DNA from: Myxococcota bacterium
GTDB taxonomy: Bacteria; Myxococcota_A; UBA796; UBA2385
DNA length: 64,000 bases
Assembly: GCA_942491145.1 (NCBI GenBank)
Contig: CALOBC010000015.1
Location: 52,707 to 116,706, forward strand
Direction: 5' to 3'
Position numbers and translations under genes: made by a program. The notes under the pieces were generated by a model, which saw nothing but the letters and a program-made list of their open reading frames with translations, ran no database searches and had not been told where the DNA came from. Every line of letters begins with the position of its first letter. Within the stretch, counting starts at the first letter, position 1. Below, one piece after another: positions 20,801-27,571 of the stretch.

Positions 20801-21703
20801 GGCAGCTTGTTCACGCTGCGGCTGCCGCTGGGTCGAGACCACTTGGCCGATGAGGACGTCATCGTGGGTGTCGAGCCGCCCCGCCCGACAGCGCCAGTGA
20901 TCCCCATTGTGCTCCCGGAGGCCGAAGACGCAGCTGCGGCGACGGCGACGGCGACCGTGCTTGTGGTGGAGGACGATGAGGAGCTGCGGTCCTGGATCTG
21001 CCAGGTTCTCCGAGCGCGGTACACGGTGCTGGAGGCCGGGGACGGCGGACAGGGGCTGCAGCTCGCTCGGGCCCACGTGCCCGATGTGGTGCTCACCGAC
21101 GCAGTGATGCCCGTCATGAGTGGGCTGGAGCTGTGCCGTGCGCTGCGCGACGATCCAGCCACCTGCCACCTGCCGGTCGTCATGCTGTCGGCCCGCAGCG
21201 AAGCGGACCGGCGGGTCGAGGGTCTCGCCAGCGGTGTGGATGCCTACCTGGGCAAGCCCTTTCATCCGCACGAGCTGCTGCTTCAGCTCGACAACCTGCT
21301 GGTCGCCCGGTCTCGTCTGCGCGCCCGGCACCACCGCCAGCTCGTCATGGCCGATGACACGCCCGAGCAGGCTTCGGTGGATGATCGATTCCTTGCCCAA
21401 GTGCGCGAGGCCATCCACGCCCACCTGCCCGACGAGGACTTTGGTGTGCGGGGGCTGGCGGACGCGGTCTCCCTCAGCCGGCGACAGCTCGGTCGCAAGC
21501 TGGATGCCCTGATCGGCCAGCCTCCGTCGACCCTCATCCGCCAGATCCGCCTGCAACGGGCCCGCGCGTTGTTGGAGCAGGACGCGGGGAGCATCTCCGA
21601 GGTCGCCTACGCAGTGGGGTTCCGTCGCCCGGGGCGCTTCAGTGAGCAGTTCAAGGCGGAGTTCGGCATGACCCCCACCGAGTTCAAGGCGAGCCAGGGG
21701 TGA
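17807..21703 (+). CDS. Hybrid two-component system: periplasmic propeller/Y_Y_Y sensor, HisKA-HATPase, receiver, AraC-type HTH
   Basis: ATG at 17807 opens a signal/TM segment (MMLLASAVLGRFLVGGLVLGWIGAAHA). About 730 aa of repeated G.(V/L)W.GT..GL propeller-like blades follow, then a TM segment (LLVGLGVLALGAVLV). Next come the H-box SHELRTPLS, a REC domain (VLVVEDDEE...LTDAVMP) and a C-terminal AraC HTH. Confidence 0.8.
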   Translation: MMLLASAVLGRFLVGGLVLGWIGAAHAHQPVKGVLQALTTEDGLPINWVAAFLQDPDGALWIGTDSGLVWYDGVESAEVPELDGVRILQLNMDPRGVGWIASRETLWRLDDGVFQRVPMEPPHRGMPLHVDGTGEVWISGDTGLTRVDDPNRHLDTPDGCGQVEVGQGASLWCAGSGVPLALEDGVLRVLRDVAGAPLPGPELLRDSRGISWVHTPGRVHRYIREAGGFRELEVQEALAVEAIGILEARSGEIWINTDDHRVLVWDGVALREHARLRSTVRALYEDREGSIWAATRGLGALRLSSPQSFSVLDSGFGEAPVWTSMVTSSGSLILATDDGVFQRSPSGEIRALPGIAKASVYALHVTDDGSVLVGGYDGLHRWTGEAMERLAFAEPGVLLRGGVLEDRAGRIWAGGRYAIWRSEGRDQPLARLPLPVELGTGYPVVGPIVEDPDGQVWAATNAGLIRWGAAGVEVFNLGPVRGVAVGPKGKVWATLARGGLVRVVDGVVQELGAAQGIPSGTLHTVAFDNHGSVWLPSNRGVFRTSAEGLDALASDPQRTLFFHTYGVEDGLPSLECNSGHPAAMVDGQGRVHIPTMRGLVQVDPGELRRDMAAPVVTIRRVEVDGEAVPWNGTLVLPPHARSLAIHYSAPALRDPAGVTYRYRLEGHQDDWVEAERRRVAFWTNLEAGTHTFRLQARSGEGVLSAEDALLPFTVEARLVDRTWFRLLVGLGVLALGAVLVRVQLHRIRERELTALVDERTAELRAARDRSREQAARLQTQAHELEKVDARKTRFFANVSHELRTPLSLIRGPVSGALSSGQSLGPVDLARVARSAHRLEVLIEELLDIARLDAGRLPLRAREADLAGFVAERVDAFAPLAEQRGVDLSLGSVPVTAWFDEARLAKVVDNVVANALRHTAAGGTVDVRLTTTPTHGCIDVQDSGSGIAPEHLPHIFDRFYQAPDGSGALSGSAGLGLALSRELARRHGGELTAHSEVGAGSLFTLRLPLGRDHLADEDVIVGVEPPRPTAPVIPIVLPEAEDAAAATATATVLVVEDDEELRSWICQVLRARYTVLEAGDGGQGLQLARAHVPDVVLTDAVMPVMSGLELCRALRDDPATCHLPVVMLSARSEADRRVEGLASGVDAYLGKPFHPHELLLQLDNLLVARSRLRARHHRQLVMADDTPEQASVDDRFLAQVREAIHAHLPDEDFGVRGLADAVSLSRRQLGRKLDALIGQPPSTLIRQIRLQRARALLEQDAGSISEVAYAVGFRRPGRFSEQFKAEFGMTPTEFKASQG

Positions 21704-22141
21704 CGGCGGCCGCCAGGTGTGCCTGGGGACTGGGCCGCGCCTGAGCTGGAGCAGGCTGGTGGGACCCGCGTCTTGGGGTCTCGTTGGTGAGCTGCGTGTG
21801 GTTGCCGGACCGGTCGGATGTGGATCGGCGCAGCAGGTTCGAAGGGCTCCTCCTTCGGCGCATGGTGCGGGGGCTGCTGGCAGGGCGCTGCAGCCTGGGG
21901 CCACAGTTGGGCGTGCGCCAGGCGGGGCAAGCTCGATCCTCCCCGCTGGCACTGCCGTCGATCTCATGCCCCATGTCGAGCCCATTCAGGGCCCAGTGTA
22001 CCCCGGCTCGGGACATCGCTTGGCCAGTTTGGGGACATGGACAGAATCCAGCCAAGTTCGTCCCACCCCACACCCAGGGCTGGTCGTAGAACTCATGCAT
22101 CGCCGCCGACGCGGCATCACCCCCACCCCAAAGGAGAGACC

Positions 22142-22192
22142 ATGAAGACCAAGACCCGCGTGAAGGCTGGCGGACAGCTCACGAACATCTGA
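22142..22192 (+). CDS. Mini-ORF A1: 16-aa Gly-Gly peptide precursor MKTKTRVKAGG-QLTNI
   Basis: ATG follows AAGGAGAGACC. Fourteen of 16 third positions are G/C, and the ORF ends in TGA. It is identical to A3. Confidence 0.65.
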   Translation: MKTKTRVKAGGQLTNI

Positions 22193-22228
22193 GACCCTAC
22201 CCATCCACCCCCACCAAGAGGAAGGACC

Positions 22229-22278
22229 ATGAGACCAAGACCCGCGTGAAGGCTGGCGGACAGCTCACGAACATCTGA
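22229..22278 (+). pseudogene. Mini-ORF A2: same sequence as A1/A3 with a 1-nt deletion (ATGAGACC versus ATGAAGACC); frameshifted
   Basis: As written it reads MRPRPA*. The downstream 45 nt are identical to A1/A3 but have no in-frame ATG. Confidence 0.55.
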
Positions 22279-22314
22279 GACCCTACCCACCCATCCCCAC
22301 CAAGAGGAAGGACC

Positions 22315-22365
22315 ATGAAGACCAAGACCCGCGTGAAGGCTGGCGGACAGCTCACGAACATCTGA
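22315..22365 (+). CDS. Mini-ORF A3: 16-aa peptide MKTKTRVKAGG-QLTNI
   Basis: ATG follows AGAGGAAGGACC. The sequence is nucleotide-identical to A1. Confidence 0.65.
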   Translation: MKTKTRVKAGGQLTNI

Positions 22366-22401
22366 GACCCTACCCACCCATCCCCACCATGAGGAGAGAC
22401 C

Positions 22402-22455
22402 ATGAAGACCAAGTCTAAGATGAAGGCTGGCGGCGTCGTCTGGGACGGCAGCTAG
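22402..22455 (+). CDS. Mini-ORF B1: 17-aa peptide MKTKSKMKAGG-VVWDGS
   Basis: ATG follows GAGGAGAGACC and the stop is TAG. The peptide is conserved with B2 although the flanks are unrelated. Confidence 0.65.
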   Translation: MKTKSKMKAGGVVWDGS

Positions 22456-22471
22456 CGCTTCCCCGGGCTCT

Positions 22472-22500
22472 CTGAACTGTTCAGGCAGTTCCTGGAACTG
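22472..22500. promoter_or_regulatory. Two adjacent palindromes between mini-ORFs B1 and B2
   Basis: CTGAACtGTTCAG lies at 22472-22484 and CAGTTCCtGGAACTG at 22486-22500. GAACTG (22474-22479) can also pair with CAGTTC (22486-22491). Confidence 0.3.
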
Positions 22501-22545
22501 TCCCCGTGTTCGAGCACCAACCCACCCAAGACCACTGGAGAACCC

Positions 22546-22599
22546 ATGAAGACCAAGTCCAAGATCAAGGCTGGCGGCGTCGTCTGGGACGGCAACTGA
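22546..22599 (+). CDS. Mini-ORF B2: 17-aa peptide MKTKSKIKAGG-VVWDGN
   Basis: ATG follows TGGAGAACCC and the stop is TGA. It differs from B1 by TCT/TCC (synonymous), ATG/ATC and AGC/AAC. Confidence 0.65.
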   Translation: MKTKSKIKAGGVVWDGN

Positions 22600-22605
22600 G
22601 ATCTC

Positions 22606-22643
22606 CCCAGGGCCCCTCCGACCGAGTCGGGGCGGGCCCTGGG
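22606..22643 (+). terminator. GC-rich stem-loop immediately after the last mini-ORF
   Basis: CCCAGGGCCC (22606-22615) pairs with GGGCCCTGGG (22634-22643). An inner CTCCGAC/GTCGGGG stem has a 3-nt loop, giving about 17 bp with one bulge. There is no T-tract, which is common in high-GC genomes. Confidence 0.55.
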
Positions 22644-22824
22644 ACCGTCCGTCTGGCGGCACCCCCATCCAGCGCCCCACGCCGTGGGGTTTCTGTTCCT
22701 CCCTCACGCTGCGCGCGGGGGAGGTCTGTGCGTCTTGGGTCTGGTGGACGGGTCCACTGATGGATTGCGCGGCCCGTTGACATCGGTCCGGGGCGTCGGG
22801 CACTCTCATTTGGACGTGTGTCGC

Positions 22825-22851
22825 GAGAATGACTGTCTAATCAGTGTTCTC
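22825..22851 (-). terminator. Imperfect hairpin about 27 nt downstream of the ABC operon stop
   Basis: GAGAA..ACTG-tctaat-CAGT.TTCTC in an AT-richer patch at the convergent junction. The stem is weak and there is no U-tract. Confidence 0.2.
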
Positions 22852-22877
22852 GGGCTGATTCCGAAAGGGCTGGCACC

Positions 22878-24980
22878 TCAAGGATGGGCGATCACCACCA
22901 ACGCCTCCGCCCTTCGCTGCACTGTGGCCATGGCTCGGCGAAGGCTGGCTGGGTCCAGCGCAGCAAAGCTCTCATCCAGCACGATGACGTCGGAGTCCTG
23001 AAGCAAGGTGCGGGCGATGTAGAGCCGGCTCTTCTCGCCATGAGACAGCCGCCAGCCGGTCTCGCCCACGAGCTGCATCAAGCCGCCGGGCATGCGCTCA
23101 ATGAGCCCACCGAGGCCCAGCTCTTCGCAGATGGTCTGTGCGAGGGCAATGTCGCTGGGCGCTGGCGGCCACGCACGACCCATGAGCAAGTTGAACAGAA
23201 AGGTGTTGGCCAGCACGTGGTTGTCGTGGAATTGGGGCGCACAGCTTGTGACCCGACGCCAGCCCGCTTCGCCCAAGGTGGCGCGGTCCAAGCCGCCGCT
23301 GAGCACCAGGCCCGCCGAGGGTGCCCGCAAGCCGAGGAGCACCGCAGCGAGTGTGGACTTGCCGCCGCCTGAGCTGCCCGTGAGCAGGATCCGATCCCCG
23401 CGCTGGATGGTCAGCGAGCAGCCCCGGAGCACGGGCGCACCGCCGGGGTAGGCGAAGTCGACCTTGCGCACCGAGAGGAGCCCGTCGGTCGGCGCAGCGA
23501 TGACCTGGGCATTGGCCTCGCCGTGGGTGATGGGGCGGCCGGCAGCATCGTAGAGCGGGCGGACCTGGGAGACGGCCACCACGGCCCCCGACAGCTGGGT
23601 CATGCCGAGTGACAGGGCGTGCAGCGCCCGGCCGGCGAGCAGCACCCCCCCGAGGGCGACGGCGATGCGGGTGGACGACGCCCCGAAGACCAAGAGCTGG
23701 CCTACGCCGGCGAGCCCCACGAGCATCCACCCCCGAGGCAGGGTCACCCGGAGGTGCGCGGCCGTGGCATCCAGCGCCGCCGAGGCCCTGAGATAGGCGC
23801 TCAGTTCGTGGTCTTCACCATCGTGGTGCCGTTCCGGGGGTTCCTGGGCGAGGCGGGTGCGGTGGCCGGCCATGCGCTCCACAAGGGAGCCCGTCATGGA
23901 GAGGCGTGCGGCTGTCCACACGCGGTGGTGGCGGAGGTGGCGAGTGCCGACAAGGGCCAGAGTGCCGATCCAGCCGAGCAACAACAGGGGCAGCATTGGG
24001 CCGCCAAGGGAGAGCACCCACGAGGCGCCCACCAGCTCCAGCAGCGCCAGGGCCGCGGCCACCCCACCGCTCAGCGCGAGCTGCTCCATGGCCTCGGCCT
24101 CGTTGACCCGGCCCATGGTCAGGCCAATGCCATCGCTGCGGCACTCATCGGGCTGCATGCGCAGCGCCCCGACCAACAACCGGCGCTTGAGGAGCGCCCC
24201 GCCTTCAATTGCCAGCACTCCCTGTGCCCAGGTGGTGAGCTGGCGCAGCGGCACCGTGGTGAGCAGCAGCAAACCCCAGGCGAGCAGCCAGCCCGACTGC
24301 AGCGCTCCGTCCAGCGCCGCCTTTCCCACAAGAGCCCATGCCAACACGAAGATGACGTACTGGGTGAGATGGGCGACAGCGACCACCCCACCCTGGCGCA
24401 GCAACTTTGACTCCTTGAGCTGAGCGGTCAAGCTGGCTGACGGGGGCAGCCTCAGCATCCACAAGCCCGAACAGGGGGCACCAGCGAGGCGCTCGGCCAA
24501 GAGGGCCCGCCGGGCGCGGTCTCTTCGGCGCCCAGGGGGCACAGTGCCGTCGAGCAGGGCGTCGATGCCCGGTCCAAAGCGGTCTTCGAGGGGTGCGGAG
24601 AGGGCCGCGCGGAGTGCTTCCACAGCCACCCGCTGGCGACGGCCGTCCGGGCCAATGAGGGTGGCTTGGCGGCCGCGACGACCGACTGATGCGAGCAACA
24701 GCAGGCGCTTTGGTCCCGGTTCGGGGAGCATGAGCAGGGCGGGCGCGACGTGCTGGAGGGCGTGGGTGAGGTCCCCGTACGCGGCGACCAGCGGCTCCAC
24801 TTCCAGGCCCGCCCGCCCGGCGGCCACGTCGAGCCAGTCCTCCAAGGCGCCGTCGGGGAGGGCACCGGGGGGATCTGCGATCCGGGTCGGGGCCTGCCCC
24901 CCGTACCCACCGTGCGCGGCGAGCACATTGAGGGCTTGGCCGAGGTTAACGACAGACCACTGGCACGGGTCCAGACTCAT
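22878..24980 (-). CDS. ABC transporter permease/ATPase, the second ABC of the export cassette; no C39 catalytic motifs
   Basis: The ATG overlaps the upstream stop (ATGA). It has Walker A GSSGGGKST, signature LSHGEKSR and Walker B VIVLDESF. A roughly 170-aa N-terminal extra domain lacks the Cys/His peptidase motifs. Confidence 0.8.
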   Translation of the reverse strand: MSLDPCQWSVVNLGQALNVLAAHGGYGGQAPTRIADPPGALPDGALEDWLDVAAGRAGLEVEPLVAAYGDLTHALQHVAPALLMLPEPGPKRLLLLASVGRRGRQATLIGPDGRRQRVAVEALRAALSAPLEDRFGPGIDALLDGTVPPGRRRDRARRALLAERLAGAPCSGLWMLRLPPSASLTAQLKESKLLRQGGVVAVAHLTQYVIFVLAWALVGKAALDGALQSGWLLAWGLLLLTTVPLRQLTTWAQGVLAIEGGALLKRRLLVGALRMQPDECRSDGIGLTMGRVNEAEAMEQLALSGGVAAALALLELVGASWVLSLGGPMLPLLLLGWIGTLALVGTRHLRHHRVWTAARLSMTGSLVERMAGHRTRLAQEPPERHHDGEDHELSAYLRASAALDATAAHLRVTLPRGWMLVGLAGVGQLLVFGASSTRIAVALGGVLLAGRALHALSLGMTQLSGAVVAVSQVRPLYDAAGRPITHGEANAQVIAAPTDGLLSVRKVDFAYPGGAPVLRGCSLTIQRGDRILLTGSSGGGKSTLAAVLLGLRAPSAGLVLSGGLDRATLGEAGWRRVTSCAPQFHDNHVLANTFLFNLLMGRAWPPAPSDIALAQTICEELGLGGLIERMPGGLMQLVGETGWRLSHGEKSRLYIARTLLQDSDVIVLDESFAALDPASLRRAMATVQRRAEALVVIAHP

Positions 24981-27571
24981 GGCTGGTCCTCGACCAAAAT
25001 GCCGTCATTCAAGGACACATTGCGCCAGTCCATGCCGGCCCAGGATGCGCCTTGCAGCGCTGCCTCCGCGTCCATCAGCTGCCGGTAGCGAGAGGGGCCC
25101 GCGAGGAGCTCCGCGGGGGGAGCGGCCTCGACCACCCGGCCGTCTTCGACCACCAAGACTTGGTCAAACCCGAGGGTGTGGTCGATGTCATGGGTGATGC
25201 ACAGCAGCGTGGCGTCTCTCCAGTGGCGTCGGGCCACACCGAGCAGCGCCCGGCGCCGGTCCCGGTCCAGCCCCCGAAAGGGCTCGTCGAGAATGGCCAG
25301 TCGTGTGGGGCCCCGACTGAGCGCTCGGCCGAGGCGCACCCGCTGGCCCTGTCCGCCGGAGAGCCGTCCGCCCCCCTCCCCGAGGGAGGTCTGCAGTCCG
25401 TCGGGGAGGCGATCGAGGACGTCCATGAGGTCGGCGTCTTGGAGGGCCTGCGCGACTGATTGTTCCGGCGGTGCGCCATAGCGGAGGTTGTCGAGGAGGG
25501 ACCGGTTCCAGAGCTGGACCTCGGGGTCCACCCAGGCCGTGCACCGTCGGAGCGCCGCCACCCGCGCGGGGTCCAGGGCTTCCTGGTTCACCGAGAGGGT
25601 GCCGCTGGCTGGGCGGTGCCACCCGAGCAGCAAGCCCGCCAGACTGGACTTGCCCGAGCCCGAGGAACCCACAATGGCGACATGACAGCCCGCGGGAATG
25701 TTGATGTTTACGTTGTTCAGGATGGTCTGTCCGCCGGCCACCACCGACAGGGCTTCGGCCTGGATGGCCACCGCGCCGTTGCCGGGCAGCGTCCCTGGTG
25801 CGTCGGCAGCACTCGCCGACTCCGGCGCCAGAAGTGGCTCCAGCAGGCGCAACAGCACACTGCGCATGGCCGGGTATTGGCGGGTGGCCACGGCCACTTG
25901 CTGACCGTAGGCTGGAAGCGCGAGCGCCCAATAGATGAGCAGCAACCCGCCCTGGTCAGCGGCGAAGAGGGCGACCAAGCTGGCCGCCACCGCAAGGCCC
26001 ACGCTGGCGATGAGACCCTCGAGGAGGACCGCGGTGCGCTGCAGGGAGAGGCCCGCGTGGCCCCACTCCACCAGCCGGGCCGCGTGCTCCCGTCGCAGCG
26101 CTCGCTCGGCCCCGTGGCTGCGAATGGCTGCGAGGCCCAGCAAGGCGTCGAGGTAGAAGCGGCTCAAGGCACCGAGGTGCGCTCGCTGACGCAGGTCCTG
26201 CTCGGCCAGGAGGGGATGGCAGAGCAGCGGCAAGCCCACTGCGACCACCGCCGCGAGCAGTGCGAGGGGGGCCGCGGCCGGTGCCAGCCAGATGATGCCC
26301 GCAGTGGTCAGCACGAGGCGGGCGACGCCCTGAAGCAAGCTCTGGCCCGCCTGGGGCACCCGTCGCAGCAAGTGTGTGGCGTGGCTGCGCTCGGCCATGT
26401 CCGAGATGAGGCGGCTCTGGAAGTAGTGGTCCGGGAGCCGAGGCAGCTTCGTCATGAAGGCCAGACGAAGTCGAGCATCGAGGGCCCGCCCGGAGTCGAG
26501 CACGCCACGGGTGACTTGCAGCTCCAGGAACACACCCACCGCCACCAGCGTGATGACGGCCGCGAGGGCACCGACTTGGTTGAGGGGCACCGGCATCAGG
26601 GTGCCGAGCTCCAGCAGCCCCCGCAACAGCAGTGCTTCGAGGAGCACCGTGATCGCCGAGACAGCGAGCGCCCCCACCAGCACGGCGGGCGCGAGCAGCC
26701 CGTCCTCGGCCAAGTACCTTCCCAAGGACCGCAGGGGTGCAGGCTCGGGCTCGCTCAAGGCAGCACGCAGCTCGGGGCCCAAGCTGGCCTCGTCCACGTC
26801 GGCCCGTCCGCTGGCCCGTACCAGCACTGCGCCGCGGAGGAGGAGCTGAGGGTCCCCCTCTTCGTCGGGCTCGGTGGGCTGCACCGACCACGCACTGGGG
26901 GAGATGGTGGATGGTTCAGCCACGAGCTTGACCAAGGCCCCGTGGGCTTCTGCGCCCCGCCTTAGACCGCCAGCGGCGACCACCGAAGCCACCATGCGGG
27001 TGGCTGCGTCTAGGCGGGCGAGGCCACCCCAGCTGGGATCGGCCAGCGCGGAAGCGCTCAGTGCTGCGGCGTCTTCGCCACCGATGGCCCGCAGACGGGC
27101 GTGAAGCGTCGCCTGGAACTCCTGGTCGCCGGCCCACTCCCGCCAGTCGGCCGCCGGCACTGGCAGGCTGTGCTTGTAGAGCAGGTCGAGCAGGTCGCTT
27201 CGGCGCAACCAGCGTCGGCCCACCGCCGGGTCCATCACTTGGACGAAGGGGCCCACTACCGACCAGACCACCACGAAGTGGGAGACCCCGCTGGGCGTGC
27301 GGATGACCACAATGGCGGGCAGTGCGTGGGCCTCGGGCAGCAGCACGTGGTCTGCTGGGAGCATCACCTCTTCGCACGCCAAGCCAAGCTGGGTGGCCAC
27401 CTCTTCCATTGCGGAGATTGATGTGCCGTCCACGTCCGTCTGGCAGGCTTCCCGCAGGCGGGCGTAGCTGACAGGCAGGTGGAAGCCGGCGAGCAGCGCG
27501 GTGAGGGCGGCCGGCCCGCAGTCCATGCCGGAGGTCTGGATGACCTCGGGAACCAGTCGGCGGGCGCTCAT
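24977..27571 (-). CDS. Peptidase-containing ABC transporter (C39 double-glycine peptidase, TMD, NBD)
   Basis: The ATG at 27571 overlaps the HlyD stop (ATGA). C39 triad contexts are GMDCGPAAL (Cys), VSHFVVVW (His) and VMDPAVG (Asp). It also has Walker A GSSGSGKSS, signature LSGGQGQR and Walker B LAILDEP. Confidence 0.85.
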   Translation of the reverse strand: MSARRLVPEVIQTSGMDCGPAALTALLAGFHLPVSYARLREACQTDVDGTSISAMEEVATQLGLACEEVMLPADHVLLPEAHALPAIVVIRTPSGVSHFVVVWSVVGPFVQVMDPAVGRRWLRRSDLLDLLYKHSLPVPAADWREWAGDQEFQATLHARLRAIGGEDAAALSASALADPSWGGLARLDAATRMVASVVAAGGLRRGAEAHGALVKLVAEPSTISPSAWSVQPTEPDEEGDPQLLLRGAVLVRASGRADVDEASLGPELRAALSEPEPAPLRSLGRYLAEDGLLAPAVLVGALAVSAITVLLEALLLRGLLELGTLMPVPLNQVGALAAVITLVAVGVFLELQVTRGVLDSGRALDARLRLAFMTKLPRLPDHYFQSRLISDMAERSHATHLLRRVPQAGQSLLQGVARLVLTTAGIIWLAPAAAPLALLAAVVAVGLPLLCHPLLAEQDLRQRAHLGALSRFYLDALLGLAAIRSHGAERALRREHAARLVEWGHAGLSLQRTAVLLEGLIASVGLAVAASLVALFAADQGGLLLIYWALALPAYGQQVAVATRQYPAMRSVLLRLLEPLLAPESASAADAPGTLPGNGAVAIQAEALSVVAGGQTILNNVNINIPAGCHVAIVGSSGSGKSSLAGLLLGWHRPASGTLSVNQEALDPARVAALRRCTAWVDPEVQLWNRSLLDNLRYGAPPEQSVAQALQDADLMDVLDRLPDGLQTSLGEGGGRLSGGQGQRVRLGRALSRGPTRLAILDEPFRGLDRDRRRALLGVARRHWRDATLLCITHDIDHTLGFDQVLVVEDGRVVEAAPPAELLAGPSRYRQLMDAEAALQGASWAGMDWRNVSLNDGILVEDQP

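Larger units (their letters stand above)
22142..22401 (+). repeat. Three tandem 86-87-bp units, each one mini-ORF plus a 36-nt C-rich spacer
   Basis: Units start at 22142, 22229 and 22315. The ORF parts are identical except for a 1-nt deletion in unit 2. The spacers (GACCCTACCCA(C/T)CCA(T/C)CCCCACCA...) are near-identical. Confidence 0.9.

Noticed and set aside
21947-21961. A perfect sigma-54 -24 box (TGGCAC) lies upstream of the peptide array.
   Set aside because: The -12 position reads TCGA instead of TTGC, so the GC dinucleotide is missing. I could not find a convincing promoter of any class in 21703-22142 by eye. The repeats GGGACAT (22010 and 22032) and CTCATGC (21963 and 22093) were noted but are too short to interpret.
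22117-22809. A 230-aa minus-strand ORF with internal repeats (GRVSDVRELSASLHAGLGLHG...) covers the whole mini-ORF array.
   Set aside because: It is the antisense reading of the tandem peptide units. It has no Shine-Dalgarno and an odd composition. It also stays open across the 1-nt indel of copy 2 and across unrelated spacers. By contrast, the plus-strand mini-ORFs have Shine-Dalgarno sites, G/C third positions, and conserved stops that use different triplets. I treat it as a shadow ORF; expression data would settle this.
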